A stretch of DNA of 56,373 nt from Verrucomicrobiota bacterium (GCA_033762115.1 JANRLX010000039.1:1-56373); one strand, 5' to 3'; positions 1 to 12,524 are shown, numbered from the stretch's first letter. Program-made: numbers and translations. The notes: a model not told the origin generated them from the sequence alone.

Positions 1-498
1 CGAACTGATGGGGTACGCTCAATTGTCTGAAGGAAGAGTGGAGAAACTGGATGTTGCGGAAGAGCTGGACCGTGCCATCCTGCAGGTTTTCCCGCCTGGA
101 GCGAAATATGACGTGTCAATTAAACGCGAGTACGAACCGGCTTTGCCGAATTTACTCGCCCAGCGAGGGCATATTTCAGAAGTGTTTGTCAACATCCTGC
201 AAAATGCACGTGAAGCAATGGATGGACGGGGCACAATCAATATTTCTACGCGAGTAGGTGAAAATTATTCAATTGTGATCCAGATTACTGATAGCGGCCC
301 TGGAATTGCTCCGGAACATGTGATTCGTGTCTTTGAATCCTACTTTACAACGAAGGAAAAAGGAACCGGGCTCGGGCTCGCCATCGCAAAACATAACATC
401 GAACTTTATAGCGGCACGATTCGGGTGGATTCCAGTTTAGGGAATGGATGCACATTCGTCATTACGCTGCCGGCAAAAACTGCTATTCATATACGCAA

Positions 499-502
<4 letters not shown>
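1..502 (+). CDS. Sensor histidine kinase, C-terminal HATPase_c domain (5'-partial)
   Basis: N box EVFVNILQNAREAM, G1 DSGPGI, F box FESYFTTK, G2 GTGLGL; frame is open at the window edge; ATGA overlap with the downstream response regulator. Confidence 0.93.
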
Positions 503-1916
<1,414 letters not shown>

Positions 1917-1920
<4 letters not shown>

Positions 1921-2288
1921 GTTCTTTCTCACTTAATTTATTATTGTTTGCCGCGCTGGAACTGCCTTCGCACACCACCGCACAACCGACCAAGCTTTCA
2001 GGTTATTACGCCAAGGATTTCTTTTTGATCATTGGTGCGGGGATTTTGCTGCTGGCCGGGTTATTGTTCTGGGCCTTCTACATTCGTGGTCCAAAGGAAG
2101 AGAAACGGACTGACAGACCCTTCTCACATCTGGATGAAAAAAATGAAGGAGAAGAAGGTTCCACCAGAAGGAAACGACGCCGCAAGCATCGTCGCCGGGA
2201 ACATCGATCCCGCAATCCAACTCTCGCAGAAACCGGTGGTTTGCCTCCCCTACGCAAACACGATTCAGATTCTCCACCTCACCCGTGA
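1917..2288 (+). CDS. Hypothetical single-pass membrane protein with Arg-rich tail
   Basis: ATGA and GTGA overlaps with both neighbours; TM segment FFLIIGAGILLLAGLLFWAFYI; basic tail RRKRRRKHRRREHRSRNPTLAETGGLPP. Confidence 0.75.
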
Positions 2289-3160
2289 AGACCTGCGAAA
2301 GCGAGTCGATTACCAAAAAAAGTGCGTCGAATCTGGCGCTGGCCTTTGTCTTGCTCCCCAGGCAAAAACGGCAGGGGATGTCAGCCCTATATGCATTCTG
2401 CAGGGAGGTTGATGATGTTGCGGATGAAGAAACAAGCCCTGTGGAGACTCGTCGTCAACGATTGCAGGAATGGCGTGATGACGTGCATCTTGCCTGCTCC
2501 GGAGGTTCTCCGGTCTTTGCAGTAAACCAGGAACTGCAACCTTTTATTCAACAACACGGCTTGCGGTTCGAGTTGTTTGATGAATTGCTCAAGGGGGTGG
2601 AATCTGACTTGTACATGAACCGCTACCAAACGATGGAAGAACTGGAGCTTTATTGTTATCGCGTGGCTTCCGTGGTGGGTCTTTTGAGCATTGAAATTTT
2701 TGGTTACCGAAATCCTCGCACAAAGGATTACGCAGTTTATCTGGGCAAGGCATTGCAGTTGACGAATATTCTTCGAGATGTGCGGAACGATGCTGAGAAA
2801 GGTCGCATTTACTTTCCCATCGAGGAGATGAACCGCTTTTCGGTTAAGGAAGCCGATCTCCTGGCAGGACGCTACACCCCTGAATTCGAGCGATTGGCAA
2901 CGCATTTTGGTGAAGTGGCGCAAGGCTATTATCAAAAAGCCAGCCGCACCTTGCCTGAGGAGGATCGCCGTTCAATGGGCACTGCAGAGTTGATGGGAGC
3001 AGTTTATTGGCAGTTATTGGAAAAACTTCAGGCCAGAAAGTTCAACGTTTTCGGCTTTAAAAAGACCCGTTTAAGCAAAATCCAGAAGCTTTTCCTCATT
3101 TCAAGGATGTGGTTTCGTCTCTGGCGAGGAACGCTCACGCCAAATTATGGAGCTGGATAA
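2285..3160 (+). CDS. hpnD: Presqualene diphosphate synthase (squalene/phytoene synthase family)
   Basis: LYAFCREVDDVAD (DxxxD), YCYRVASVVG, ALQLTNILRDV, GRIYFP motifs; located near shc. Confidence 0.85.
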   Translation: MKTCESESITKKSASNLALAFVLLPRQKRQGMSALYAFCREVDDVADEETSPVETRRQRLQEWRDDVHLACSGGSPVFAVNQELQPFIQQHGLRFELFDELLKGVESDLYMNRYQTMEELELYCYRVASVVGLLSIEIFGYRNPRTKDYAVYLGKALQLTNILRDVRNDAEKGRIYFPIEEMNRFSVKEADLLAGRYTPEFERLATHFGEVAQGYYQKASRTLPEEDRRSMGTAELMGAVYWQLLEKLQARKFNVFGFKKTRLSKIQKLFLISRMWFRLWRGTLTPNYGAG

Positions 3161-3995
3161 ACGCCGGCTCATCGTCAATGCCGATGATTTTGGACGATCG
3201 CGGGAAATCAATCATGCAGTGATCCGGGCACATCGCGAAGGTATCCTTACCACCGCCAGTTTAATGGTGACTGGCGAGGCCTTTGATGAAGCAGTGACTC
3301 TCGCCCGTGCCAATCCCACGTTAGGCGTCGGATTACATCTTACGCTGGTTTGCGGAGTGCCAGTGCTTGATCCCCGAGAGGTTCCAATGCTTGTTCGACC
3401 TGCCGTTGCTCCCAGGAAAAATTCCACGTTTTTGGAGAATCCGGTTACTGCTGGAATTACTTTTTTCTTTAATCAAGACGCAAAACTTCAGGTGGAAAGG
3501 GAAATTGAAGCCCAGTTCACCCGATTTTATCAAACAGGACTGCCGCTGGACCATGTAAATGGGCATTTGCATTTTCACCTGCATCCTACAGTTCTGGATA
3601 TTCTGCTGAGGCGGGCCGCAGAATGGGGAATCAAAAGAATGAGGCTTACCCGTGATCTCCCAGGGTTAAGCCTGATGACTGCCAGCGGTCGAATCTGTTA
3701 TCGGCTCAGCCACACGGTGATCTTTGGAATACTCGCAGCCTGGTCAAAACGGAAATTTAAAGCGGCTGGAATATTGCACACCGATCAGGTTTTTGGTTTG
3801 TTGCAGGACACCCTCGTGGATGCCGAATATATCCAAAGATTATTGCCGTTGCTGCCAGAAGGAATCTCTGAATTGTATTCACATCCATCCACGGATTTGT
3901 TCGTCAACGAACTTGAAGGACTGGTTGCTCCAGGAGTTCTGGAAATGGTGAAGCAGGAAGGAATAGAGTTGATTCGTTATCAGGATCTCGGTTGA
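3147..3995 (+). CDS. hpnK: Hopanoid-associated deacetylase-like protein (YdjC/ChbG family)
   Basis: LIVNADDFG, GVGLHL, DHVNGHLHFHLHP, ELYSHP; hopanoid gene context. Confidence 0.88.
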   Translation: MELDKRRLIVNADDFGRSREINHAVIRAHREGILTTASLMVTGEAFDEAVTLARANPTLGVGLHLTLVCGVPVLDPREVPMLVRPAVAPRKNSTFLENPVTAGITFFFNQDAKLQVEREIEAQFTRFYQTGLPLDHVNGHLHFHLHPTVLDILLRRAAEWGIKRMRLTRDLPGLSLMTASGRICYRLSHTVIFGILAAWSKRKFKAAGILHTDQVFGLLQDTLVDAEYIQRLLPLLPEGISELYSHPSTDLFVNELEGLVAPGVLEMVKQEGIELIRYQDLG

Positions 3996-4447
3996 GGTTG
4001 CGTGGGATGCTAAAACTGCTGATTATTTTAATTGTGGCGCTTCATTTCGAAGCGATAGGAGTTATTTTCCTCAGTAAGGGTTTAAAGGAAATTGGACAAC
4101 CTAGTGCCCTGAACGTATCGGAAATCAGCCGACTAATCGGCAGAGGGTTCCGGAACGTTAATTTGTTGACCGGAGTCGCGTTTGAGGCGGTGTTTTTTGT
4201 TGGATTATTGGTCCTGATGTCCAAGGGAGATGTCAGCTTCATCTGGCCTTTGACCTCGCTTAGCTTTGTCGTGACCACCCTTGCCGCTGTTTTCTTTCTT
4301 AAAGAGCAGGTGACTCCCATGCGTTGGGCCGGGGTCACTTTGATCATGTGTGGCGCAGCATTCATTATTTACTCGGAAAAAATGCAGGAGGCCGCACGGG
4401 CAAGGCAAAAAACGATTTCTGAACAATCGAAAGTTTCGCTGCCCTAA
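3992..4447 (+). CDS. Small DMT/EamA-family membrane protein
   Basis: Four TM segments; DVSFIWPLTSLSFV, FLKEQV..RWAGV motifs; alternative start ATG 4007. Confidence 0.8.
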   Translation: MRLRGMLKLLIILIVALHFEAIGVIFLSKGLKEIGQPSALNVSEISRLIGRGFRNVNLLTGVAFEAVFFVGLLVLMSKGDVSFIWPLTSLSFVVTTLAAVFFLKEQVTPMRWAGVTLIMCGAAFIIYSEKMQEAARARQKTISEQSKVSLP

Positions 4448-5106
4448 ATACTTTGCTGATTTTGCACGATCGGAATGAACCGGTTCAGGAACTCTCCCAG
4501 ATGTTGGGCGGCTGCGATGGTTTGCTTCTGAAAACTCATCAGTTCCCCGATTTTCTGAGGTTGCTTGAGTAAAAGAATTCCGAGCTTTCCGTAATTCAGC
4601 TTCTGCTGGTGGTTCATGAGCAGATTGAAATCCAGCGGAAGGCTTTCATGTGCGGTATCTGAAATCACCCGAACGGTAGCGCAAGGAACCCGTTCCTCCC
4701 GGCAAACATTGTGAATGGATTGTGATTCCATTTCGATTGCGTCCATCCCCGTTTGCTTCCATAGCTCATTTTTTTCAGAAGGGGTGATGGCCACCCTTCG
4801 AGCGAAATGGAACGAACAACGGCGTGCCCCGACACTGGTCAGGACTGTTTCAAGGCGAGTGCCGGGATCGCACTCGAAAACAATCGCATTTGCTTCAAGG
4901 GAAGGATGCAACCCTCCTGCAAAACCGCAGGTGAGAACCAGTTCAGGTTTTCGATTGGCCAACGCCTGGCGAATGGCCAGATCCGCATTGCGGCCACCCA
5001 TACCTGTGATCAGGGTTTGGCTCCCGGTGACAGGCTTGAAGAACTTCATCTCCTCCTTGACGGCAAAACATACCAATGTTTGCTTCATGCAGAGGAACCG
5101 GGCCAC
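4444..5106 (-). CDS. Nucleoside phosphorylase-like protein (HpnG-like, PNP_UDP_1)
   Basis: ITGMG, TCGFAGGL, AIEMES, VRVISD motifs; directly downstream of shc with a 1-bp overlap. Confidence 0.8.
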   Translation of the reverse strand: MARFLCMKQTLVCFAVKEEMKFFKPVTGSQTLITGMGGRNADLAIRQALANRKPELVLTCGFAGGLHPSLEANAIVFECDPGTRLETVLTSVGARRCSFHFARRVAITPSEKNELWKQTGMDAIEMESQSIHNVCREERVPCATVRVISDTAHESLPLDFNLLMNHQQKLNYGKLGILLLKQPQKIGELMSFQKQTIAAAQHLGEFLNRFIPIVQNQQSI

Positions 5107-7112
5107 TATTTGATTTTCAATTCAATGCTGCTGGAATGCCCGTTGCTCTGGATTTTAGGGCGATCAGCCAGCCTTCGATAATCCGCCAAAGCCAGCAACG
5201 GCCAGGCGTTCCTGTACATGTCATACTTCAAATAGAAGACTCGTGGAAATCCCGTCCCGGTGGTCTCATCCTCCGACCAACTCCCATCAGGATTTTGAGT
5301 ATCGATCAAGTACTGAACCCCACGGACAAGGCTTGGATTGTCGGGATCACCAAATGTGCAAAGGCCCATGACAGCCCAGGCTGTTTGGGATGCCGTACTG
5401 GGACCCTGTCCTTTAAACACAGGATCATCATAGGTATTGCACCGTTCACCCCAGCCGCCATCCTGATGTTGGGCACTTTCCAGCCACGCGCGAGCTTTTT
5501 GGAGCCATGGCTCCCTCATATTGAGACGAAGCGCATGCAAACCCCTTAAGACCTGCCATGTGCCGTAAATATAATTAACGCCCCAGCGCCCGTACCATGA
5601 ACCATCCGCTTCCTGATGCTCGCGGATAAATTCAAGCGCTTTCTGTACCTGTGGATGCTCCAGATTGTAGCCTTCGTATCCGAGTAATTCGAGGATTCTT
5701 GCCGTAATGTCTGCACACTCAGGATCAAGCATTGCGTTATGATCCGCGAAAGGGACTTTTTCCAGGATCCCTTTAGTACAATCCTTATCGAAAGCGGCCC
5801 ACCCGCCATCCTTGCACTGGAAAGTCATCATCCAGTTGAGACCACGATGGAAACATTCGTCGCGAGATTTGCGGTTATTGGTTGGAATCTTCCGCAAGGC
5901 AAGCAACACCATGGCTGTGTCATCCACATCAGGATTCCACTTGTTTTCATATTCAAAAACCCAGCCACTCGGCTCGACCTCCGCCGGATTCTTGTACTGC
6001 CAATCCCCACGGAATCGTATCTCCTTACCCATCAGCCAATCACAACTTTTGGCCAGAGCCGGGTGATCCTCGGGAATACCGGACTCACGAAGACAAATTG
6101 CAACAATTGCAGTATCCCAAACGGGTGAAAAACAGGGCTCGATCCGAACTGAGTTTTCTGTCTCATGCTCCAAATTCTTCAGCTCTTTTTCAGCGCGGCG
6201 GACCTGTGGATGATCATCTGAATAGCCCAGTGCCTTCAGGGCAATAAGCGAGTTGAGCATGGCCGGGAAAATTGCGGCGAGGCCATTGGAACCCTCAAAC
6301 CGTTCCAGCATCCATTGCTCCGCTTTTTTCAATGCCCGCTTCCGGAATGGGTGCAATCGATTATTTTCAACAAATTTATGCAAACCATCCAGCCAGAGGA
6401 AAAAATTACGCCAGGTAAAAGTCTGGGGATCGCGTGGCAGGGCCAAATCCCGTTCGTGGTACCCTTCGGGATAAAGCTCATCCAAACTGACATTCGGTTC
6501 CAACCGGCGGGTGGGCTTGAAATGATTGATGATCGCCAGCGGCACCAGCATTGAGCGACTCCACGAACTCATCTCGTGGAAATTCACATGAAACCATTTG
6601 CCTATCAGGATGATCTCACATGGAATGGTAGGCACATAATCCCAAGGGAAAAGACCCAGCAACGCGAGGTAAAGCTTGGAAAAGGTGTTCATCCGGGGAA
6701 CACCTCCGAGATTCATGGCCACCTCACGGGCACGAAGCATTCGGGGATCCGTGGCAGGAACACCGGCCAGCTTCAGAGCAAGATAGGCCTTGATCGTGGC
6801 ATTGACCTCCGGGGGACCTCCGAAATAAATATTCCAACCGCCATCCGGCAGCTGCATGGAAAAAATATGATTTACCGCCTTTCGTTGCCAGGCAGGGTCA
6901 ACTTTGCCATTCCAGTGATGGTAGGCAATCATGTCTGAGACAAGGGTGGAATCCACCATTAACTCGCCAACCCAATAGCCCTCCGGTTTCTGCTGGCCCA
7001 ATAAATAATTCTGAGATAGTTCGATGGCGCTCTCCAGTTCATCTCGGAGACGGATGGGAGAGCTTCCTGCAATATCAACCAACGTTCTGTCCTGGGAAAA
7101 AGATCCTGACAT
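5106..7112 (-). CDS. shc: Squalene-hopene cyclase
   Basis: PDVDDTA (DxDD), multiple QW repeats (QKPEGYW, QLPDGGW, QCKDGGW, QEADGSW, QHQDGGW, QNPDGSW), GTGFP..FYL.Y. Confidence 0.97.
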   Translation of the reverse strand: MSGSFSQDRTLVDIAGSSPIRLRDELESAIELSQNYLLGQQKPEGYWVGELMVDSTLVSDMIAYHHWNGKVDPAWQRKAVNHIFSMQLPDGGWNIYFGGPPEVNATIKAYLALKLAGVPATDPRMLRAREVAMNLGGVPRMNTFSKLYLALLGLFPWDYVPTIPCEIILIGKWFHVNFHEMSSWSRSMLVPLAIINHFKPTRRLEPNVSLDELYPEGYHERDLALPRDPQTFTWRNFFLWLDGLHKFVENNRLHPFRKRALKKAEQWMLERFEGSNGLAAIFPAMLNSLIALKALGYSDDHPQVRRAEKELKNLEHETENSVRIEPCFSPVWDTAIVAICLRESGIPEDHPALAKSCDWLMGKEIRFRGDWQYKNPAEVEPSGWVFEYENKWNPDVDDTAMVLLALRKIPTNNRKSRDECFHRGLNWMMTFQCKDGGWAAFDKDCTKGILEKVPFADHNAMLDPECADITARILELLGYEGYNLEHPQVQKALEFIREHQEADGSWYGRWGVNYIYGTWQVLRGLHALRLNMREPWLQKARAWLESAQHQDGGWGERCNTYDDPVFKGQGPSTASQTAWAVMGLCTFGDPDNPSLVRGVQYLIDTQNPDGSWSEDETTGTGFPRVFYLKYDMYRNAWPLLALADYRRLADRPKIQSNGHSSSIELKIK

Positions 7113-7253
7113 CGGGAGTTACTTTGCGAACTTGAAGCGAGAATTGTAAAGCCCTTTTCCTCTGGTGAGATAACTTCAAATATTCTTTAGCGTCTGCCTG
7201 TAAAATTAATCACTTTCTTGGCAGGATGCCCCTGCCTCATCTAAAGTTCTCCC

Positions 7254-8072
7254 ATGAACACCCGGAGTGAAGGACTCGGCATTATAGCGGGAAGCCGCAT
7301 GTTGCCCCTGTTGATCGCTGCAGAAGCGCGAAAAACAGGCATCCATCCGCTGGTGGCGGTGGCTTTCGAAGGGGAGACCGACCCCCAGATCCAATCCCTC
7401 ACCGATGAGGTCACCTGGCTTAAGGTGGGGCAACTGTCCAAAATGATCGAGGCATTCACTCGTGGGGGGGTCAACCGGTGTGTCATGGCAGGGCAAATCG
7501 CCCCTAAAAATTTATTCGACCTGCGGCCTGATTTTCGCGCGATGACCCTCCTCTTCCGGTTGAAGGAGAGGAATGCTCATACCATATTTGGCGGGATTGC
7601 AGATGAATTGAAAAAAGATGGAATTGAACTGATCGAAGCAACTCCCTGGCTCAAACCGCATATGCCCGGAAAAAAATTTGAACTTGGCCCGAAGCTGAAG
7701 CATGAGCAACAGGAGGACCTGTTTTTTGGATATAACCTGGCCAAGGAAATTTCACGGCTGGATATTGGCCAGACTGTGGTGGTGAAAAACGGTACTATTT
7801 TGGCCGTGGAAGCATTTGAAGGAACAGACGCCTGCCTGCTTCGAGGTGGAACATTGGCCGGTAAAGAAGGCGGTGCCATCGCTGTGAAGGTAGCCAAGGA
7901 AAATCATGACCTTCGCTTTGATATTCCCTGCATCGGCGCAGACACCATCAGGACCTGCATTCAGGCCCGCGTTGCTGTTCTTGGCCTGGAAGCTGAACGA
8001 ACCATCTTACTTGAACGACCGGAAGTGGAAGCCTTGCTTTCAGAGCACCGAATCAGCCTTGTTACAGTGTAG
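7254..8072 (+). CDS. lpxI: UDP-2,3-diacylglucosamine diphosphatase LpxI
   Basis: LGIIAGSRMLP, DIGQTVVV, AVEAFEGTD, DLRFDIPCIG. Confidence 0.92.
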   Translation: MNTRSEGLGIIAGSRMLPLLIAAEARKTGIHPLVAVAFEGETDPQIQSLTDEVTWLKVGQLSKMIEAFTRGGVNRCVMAGQIAPKNLFDLRPDFRAMTLLFRLKERNAHTIFGGIADELKKDGIELIEATPWLKPHMPGKKFELGPKLKHEQQEDLFFGYNLAKEISRLDIGQTVVVKNGTILAVEAFEGTDACLLRGGTLAGKEGGAIAVKVAKENHDLRFDIPCIGADTIRTCIQARVAVLGLEAERTILLERPEVEALLSEHRISLVTV

Positions 8073-8083
8073 CTGAGACTTGA

Positions 8084-9355
8084 ATGGAGAATCGATTTCC
8101 ACGTCTGATCTTGGTGTTTGTAAGGAGAAACTCCCAATTGCCCTGTGCCGGAGTGCTTTACATTCTGTTGCTTGGTGCGCTTTTGGCAAACTCAGGCTGC
8201 GGCTCCAGGGATGCCTCTTCGGAATTGAAAAAATCGCGAAATGAACAGTTGCGTGCTGTCCAAACGGCTTTTGCCAGCGAGGAACCTGTCCAGAGGTCGA
8301 TTTTGGTAAATGGACTGTTGGCCGCCGAAGAACAAGCGGTGCTCAGTGTCAAAGCTCCGGGCCGGGTGCGTGAGGTGTTCATTGACCTGGGCAGCTCAGT
8401 CAAGGCAGGCGACCCCGTCGCCCAGATTGAAAAGCGGGATTATGAATTACGCTTGCAGCAAGCCAGGGCTGCGGTTTCTCAGGCACGCGCCCGGGTGGGA
8501 CTGCCTCTGGAGGGAGATGATGACACGCTGGAGCTGGAGCAGGTTTCGATTGTGCGCGAGGCAAAAGCGTTGCTTGAGGAAGCAACCAAGAATCGCAATC
8601 GCATTCAGGAGCTCAACCGGCAGGGAATCTTGTCACAATCAGAACTGGAATCCGCTGTGGCTGCCTTCCTGGTCGCGGTCAATCGTTCGGACGAAGCACT
8701 GCACGATGCAAGAAATCGTCTCGCAATTTTAAGTCAGCGTCGGGCCGAGTTGGCAATCATCCTTCAGGAACTGGAAGACACTACGATTCGCGCTCCATTC
8801 GATGGAATGGTCCAGGATCGAAAAGCAAACCTGGGCGAATACCTGGCAGCCGGGGCACCAGTCGCAACGCTGGTGCGAATGGACCCGATTCGCCTGCGGG
8901 TTGAAATCCCGGAACGTGAAGCTCCCCAGGTCAAGGTTGGACAATCCATTTTGCTACACATCGAGGGAATTCAGGGACCACCCCGCAGGGGGAAACTAGT
9001 GCGTCTTGCCCCCGCCGTTTCTCAGGAAAGCCGTGTAGTTTTGGCTGAGGCGAGCTTTAAAAATGATGGATCCCTTCGACCCGGCACCTTTGCCCAGGGG
9101 GAAATTGTGGTCAAGGAAGCTGACACTACGCTGCTGATCCCCCGCTCTGCTGTCCTGGTTTTTGCGGGTGTGGAAAGGGTTTTCTTTGTGAGCAATAATA
9201 TCGCGATGGAACAGAGGATTACCACTGGTTCCTCTTTTGGAGATAAAGTGGAAGTGGTGCGCGGCTTAAAGCCAGCGACTGAGGTGATTCTGCAGCCAGG
9301 CAATCTTCGTTCAGGAGAGGCTGTTGCTGCCCCACGTGGGGCAGGCGATACCTGA
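8084..9355 (+). CDS. RND efflux periplasmic adaptor (MFP) subunit
   Basis: Lipoyl-like halves (VFIDLGSSVKAGD ... IRAPFDG), coiled hairpin, LRPGTFA; possible lipobox NSGC; upstream of RND permease. Confidence 0.92.
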   Translation: MENRFPRLILVFVRRNSQLPCAGVLYILLLGALLANSGCGSRDASSELKKSRNEQLRAVQTAFASEEPVQRSILVNGLLAAEEQAVLSVKAPGRVREVFIDLGSSVKAGDPVAQIEKRDYELRLQQARAAVSQARARVGLPLEGDDDTLELEQVSIVREAKALLEEATKNRNRIQELNRQGILSQSELESAVAAFLVAVNRSDEALHDARNRLAILSQRRAELAIILQELEDTTIRAPFDGMVQDRKANLGEYLAAGAPVATLVRMDPIRLRVEIPEREAPQVKVGQSILLHIEGIQGPPRRGKLVRLAPAVSQESRVVLAEASFKNDGSLRPGTFAQGEIVVKEADTTLLIPRSAVLVFAGVERVFFVSNNIAMEQRITTGSSFGDKVEVVRGLKPATEVILQPGNLRSGEAVAAPRGAGDT

Positions 9356-9359
9356 AAGC

Positions 9360-12300
9360 ATGCAACGGTTAGCTGACATCTGTATTCGTCGTCCGGTTTT
9401 TGCCACCATGCTGATCATGGCGCTGGTGGTTGTGGGTGGAGCTTCCTATACCCGCCTCAATGTGGATCGGTTTCCCTCAGTGGATCTTCCGACCATTCGC
9501 ATTTCAACCTCACTCCCCGGAGCTTCACCAGTCGAGGTGGAAACCCAGATTTCAGACCCTCTTGAGGAAGCAGTCAATACAGTCCAGGGAATTCAGGAAC
9601 TCCGTTCCATTTCAAGCGCAGGCCGTTCTTTCCTTGTCGTCACTTTCGACCTAAATCGGGACATTGAATCAGCGGCCCAGGATGTGCGCGACCGTGTCTC
9701 AACCGTGCTTCCAGAACTTCCCCCGGAGGCTGATCCTCCCATCATTTCGAAATTTGATAACGATTTATCCCCTATTCTTACGCTCGCGATTTCCGGTGAC
9801 AGGACTCTTCGGGAATTAACCGAACTGGCCGAGAAAACAGTCAAGGTCCAGCTTGAAAGAGCGCCCGGCGTTGGGGAAGTGGAGATCGGGGGCGATCTCG
9901 CCCGTACCATCAATGTCTGGGTGGATGCAGATCGATTGGCGGCTTATCAGATTCCAATCACCGATGTTCGGGCCGCCATTGCCCGTCAAAATTCCAGTGT
10001 TCCCGCGGGGAACGTGATCTCCTCCTTGCGCGACCAGCCGTTAAGAACATTGGGCAGGCTCACAAATGCACAGGCATTCAATGATCTGGTCATCGCCACC
10101 GTGAACCGTTCGCCCGTTCGGATCAGGGACATTGGCTGGGCAGAGGATGGCACACGAGAACAACGGTCGCTCGCCCGATTGAACGGGGTTCCAACAGTGA
10201 CTTTGGAAGTACGCCGCCAATCGGGTGCAAACACCATTGAAGTGATCGAGGCAATCAAACAAAAATTCCCCCTGATCGAAGAGCAACTACCCCCTGATGT
10301 TTCCATCGACCTGCTGCGGGACCAATCGGACTACATTTACGAGGCACAGCACGAAATTACTGTCCACCTGGTATTTGGGAGCATTCTTGCAAGTTTGGTT
10401 GTTCTGGCCTTCATGCGAAACTGGCGCGCCACGATCATTGCGGCAGTTTCCATCCCAGCATCTGTCATCGCCACCTTCGGAATGATGTACGCACTCGATT
10501 TTACCTTGAACAGCGTCACGATGCTGGCGTTGGTCCTGATGGTCGGCATCGTGATCGATGATGCGATTGTGGTGTTGGAAAATATTTTCAGGTTCGTCGA
10601 GGAAAAATCCCTCACTCCATTTGAAGCAGCTCGCGATGCGACCGCGGAAATTGGGCTCGCAGTCCTGGCCACCACCTTGAGCCTGGTGGTAATTTTTGTA
10701 CCGGTTTCGTTCATGTCGAGCATTTCGGGGCGGTTCCTCTTCCAATTTGGCCTGACCTCCGCAGTGGCTGTTTTGGTCAGCCTGCTGGTCTCATTCACCC
10801 TGGCCCCGATGATGAGCGCCCGTTTCCTCAGGAAAGGCGATACCCACTCCAGTTCACGTGGAGGATTCTATGGAAAAATGGAACGCTCTTATCTTTGGCT
10901 TTTGAACCTGGCGCTTAGGCAACGCCTGGCAGTGTTGATCATTGCCATACTGGTGGTGCTTGCCTCCGTGCCACTCTACAAGGCTCTTCAAATGGAATAC
11001 ACCCCCGGCAATGTTGATGAAGGGGAATTTGAAATCAATGCGGTCGCCCCGGAAGGCGCAAGCCTGGCAACAATGAACGATACCATTCAGGTGCTCGAAG
11101 CGGATTTGCGGGAACTTTCCGCGATCAAGCTCCTGCTGGCCAGAGTGGGAGGAGGAGGCCCTTCCGGAAGCCCCAACAACTCCCGTTTTTACGTAAAAAT
11201 GGCGCCACATGACGAACGAATATTTTCTCTCAGACGTTTGTGGACCGAAATAAAACGAGGTGAGCCTATGGCTGCTTTCCGCAACAATATTTCCCAGCGA
11301 GAATTGATGATTGAGGTTCGCCGCCGCTTGAAAAAATATACCGATCTTCGGACAAGTGTCAGCAATCTCCAATCATTCAGCCTCGGTGGACGTCGCTGGG
11401 AAATTGATTACGCACTCATGGGCCCCGACCTTGAAACACTTTCCTTTTATGCTGAAGAACTTCGCAGGAAAGCCCCTGAAATCGGGATCATTGATGCAGA
11501 CACGACCTTGAAATTGAACAAGCCGGAACTTCGTGTGGTGGTTGATCGCGAGCGCGCCGCCAATATGGGTGTGGATGCACAGGATATCGCCACCGCGTTG
11601 CGGGTAATGGTCGGCGGAGATGAGAAGGTGACCCGTTTTCGCGATCCCGCAGCCAATGAAGATTATTATGTTCAATTGCGCCTCGCTGAAAAAGATAGGA
11701 CCGATGCAACGACCATCTCGCGCCTCTATGTGCCAAAGAAAAATGGCGGTCTGGTTCGGCTGGACAATGTTGTTTCGATTGTTCCCGGGCAAACCGCTTC
11801 CCGCATTGATCGCCTGGATCGTTTACGAACAGTGAGCTTGCGCGCTTCAGTGGCACCAGGCTATGGCCTTGCAGATCGTTTGGAAGCCCTGAACCAGGCT
11901 GTAATCGATTTGAACATGCCGCCCGGCTATACAACCACTGTTTCAGGAGCAGGCCGGGAGCTGGAAAAAACCTTCAACGAATTTCTTTGGGCTTTCCTCT
12001 TGTCGATCATTTTCATGTACATGATTCTCGCGTCGCAATTCGAAAGCTTTATCCATCCGTTTACAATTCTCCTTTCCTTGCCACTCTCTGTTCCTTTTGC
12101 CTTTTTCTCGCTCTGGATTACGGGGAATTCGCTCAATCTTTATTCAGCCCTTGGAATGCTGGTCCTGTTTGGCGTGGTTAAGAAGAACGCGATTTTGCAG
12201 ATCGATCATATGATCAAATTGACCGCCGCAGGCATGCAACGCACCCAGGCCATCCTGCAGGCGAATCGGGACCGCCTGCGCCCGATCCTGATGACCACGC

Positions 12301-12524
12301 TTGCACTGGTCGCTGGAATGCTGCCGTTGGCAGTGGGAAGCGGGCCGGGCTCGGAAGAACGCAGGGCGATTGCAATTATTGTGATCGGCGGGCAATCACT
12401 TTCACTCTTGCTCACGCTGGTCGTAACCCCGGTGGTTTATTCGCTCTTTGAAGATTTACGAATCAAGGCTGGAAAACAGGATCCTGCCATCCTCCCTACT
12501 GCTTCTGCGGCGCCATTGCATTAG
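9360..12524 (+). CDS. RND efflux transporter permease (HAE1-type)
   Basis: RRPVFATM N-terminus, GIVIDDAIVVLEN proton-relay motif, VKKNAIL, RLRPILMTT; start set at ATG 9360. Confidence 0.95.
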   Translation: MQRLADICIRRPVFATMLIMALVVVGGASYTRLNVDRFPSVDLPTIRISTSLPGASPVEVETQISDPLEEAVNTVQGIQELRSISSAGRSFLVVTFDLNRDIESAAQDVRDRVSTVLPELPPEADPPIISKFDNDLSPILTLAISGDRTLRELTELAEKTVKVQLERAPGVGEVEIGGDLARTINVWVDADRLAAYQIPITDVRAAIARQNSSVPAGNVISSLRDQPLRTLGRLTNAQAFNDLVIATVNRSPVRIRDIGWAEDGTREQRSLARLNGVPTVTLEVRRQSGANTIEVIEAIKQKFPLIEEQLPPDVSIDLLRDQSDYIYEAQHEITVHLVFGSILASLVVLAFMRNWRATIIAAVSIPASVIATFGMMYALDFTLNSVTMLALVLMVGIVIDDAIVVLENIFRFVEEKSLTPFEAARDATAEIGLAVLATTLSLVVIFVPVSFMSSISGRFLFQFGLTSAVAVLVSLLVSFTLAPMMSARFLRKGDTHSSSRGGFYGKMERSYLWLLNLALRQRLAVLIIAILVVLASVPLYKALQMEYTPGNVDEGEFEINAVAPEGASLATMNDTIQVLEADLRELSAIKLLLARVGGGGPSGSPNNSRFYVKMAPHDERIFSLRRLWTEIKRGEPMAAFRNNISQRELMIEVRRRLKKYTDLRTSVSNLQSFSLGGRRWEIDYALMGPDLETLSFYAEELRRKAPEIGIIDADTTLKLNKPELRVVVDRERAANMGVDAQDIATALRVMVGGDEKVTRFRDPAANEDYYVQLRLAEKDRTDATTISRLYVPKKNGGLVRLDNVVSIVPGQTASRIDRLDRLRTVSLRASVAPGYGLADRLEALNQAVIDLNMPPGYTTTVSGAGRELEKTFNEFLWAFLLSIIFMYMILASQFESFIHPFTILLSLPLSVPFAFFSLWITGNSLNLYSALGMLVLFGVVKKNAILQIDHMIKLTAAGMQRTQAILQANRDRLRPILMTTLALVAGMLPLAVGSGPGSEERRAIAIIVIGGQSLSLLLTLVVTPVVYSLFEDLRIKAGKQDPAILPTASAAPLH

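Noticed and set aside
8084..12524. RND pump as the hopanoid transporter HpnN
   Set aside because: It is an HAE1/AcrB-type permease with an MFP partner, not the MMPL-like HpnN architecture; the absence of an adjacent TolC is common
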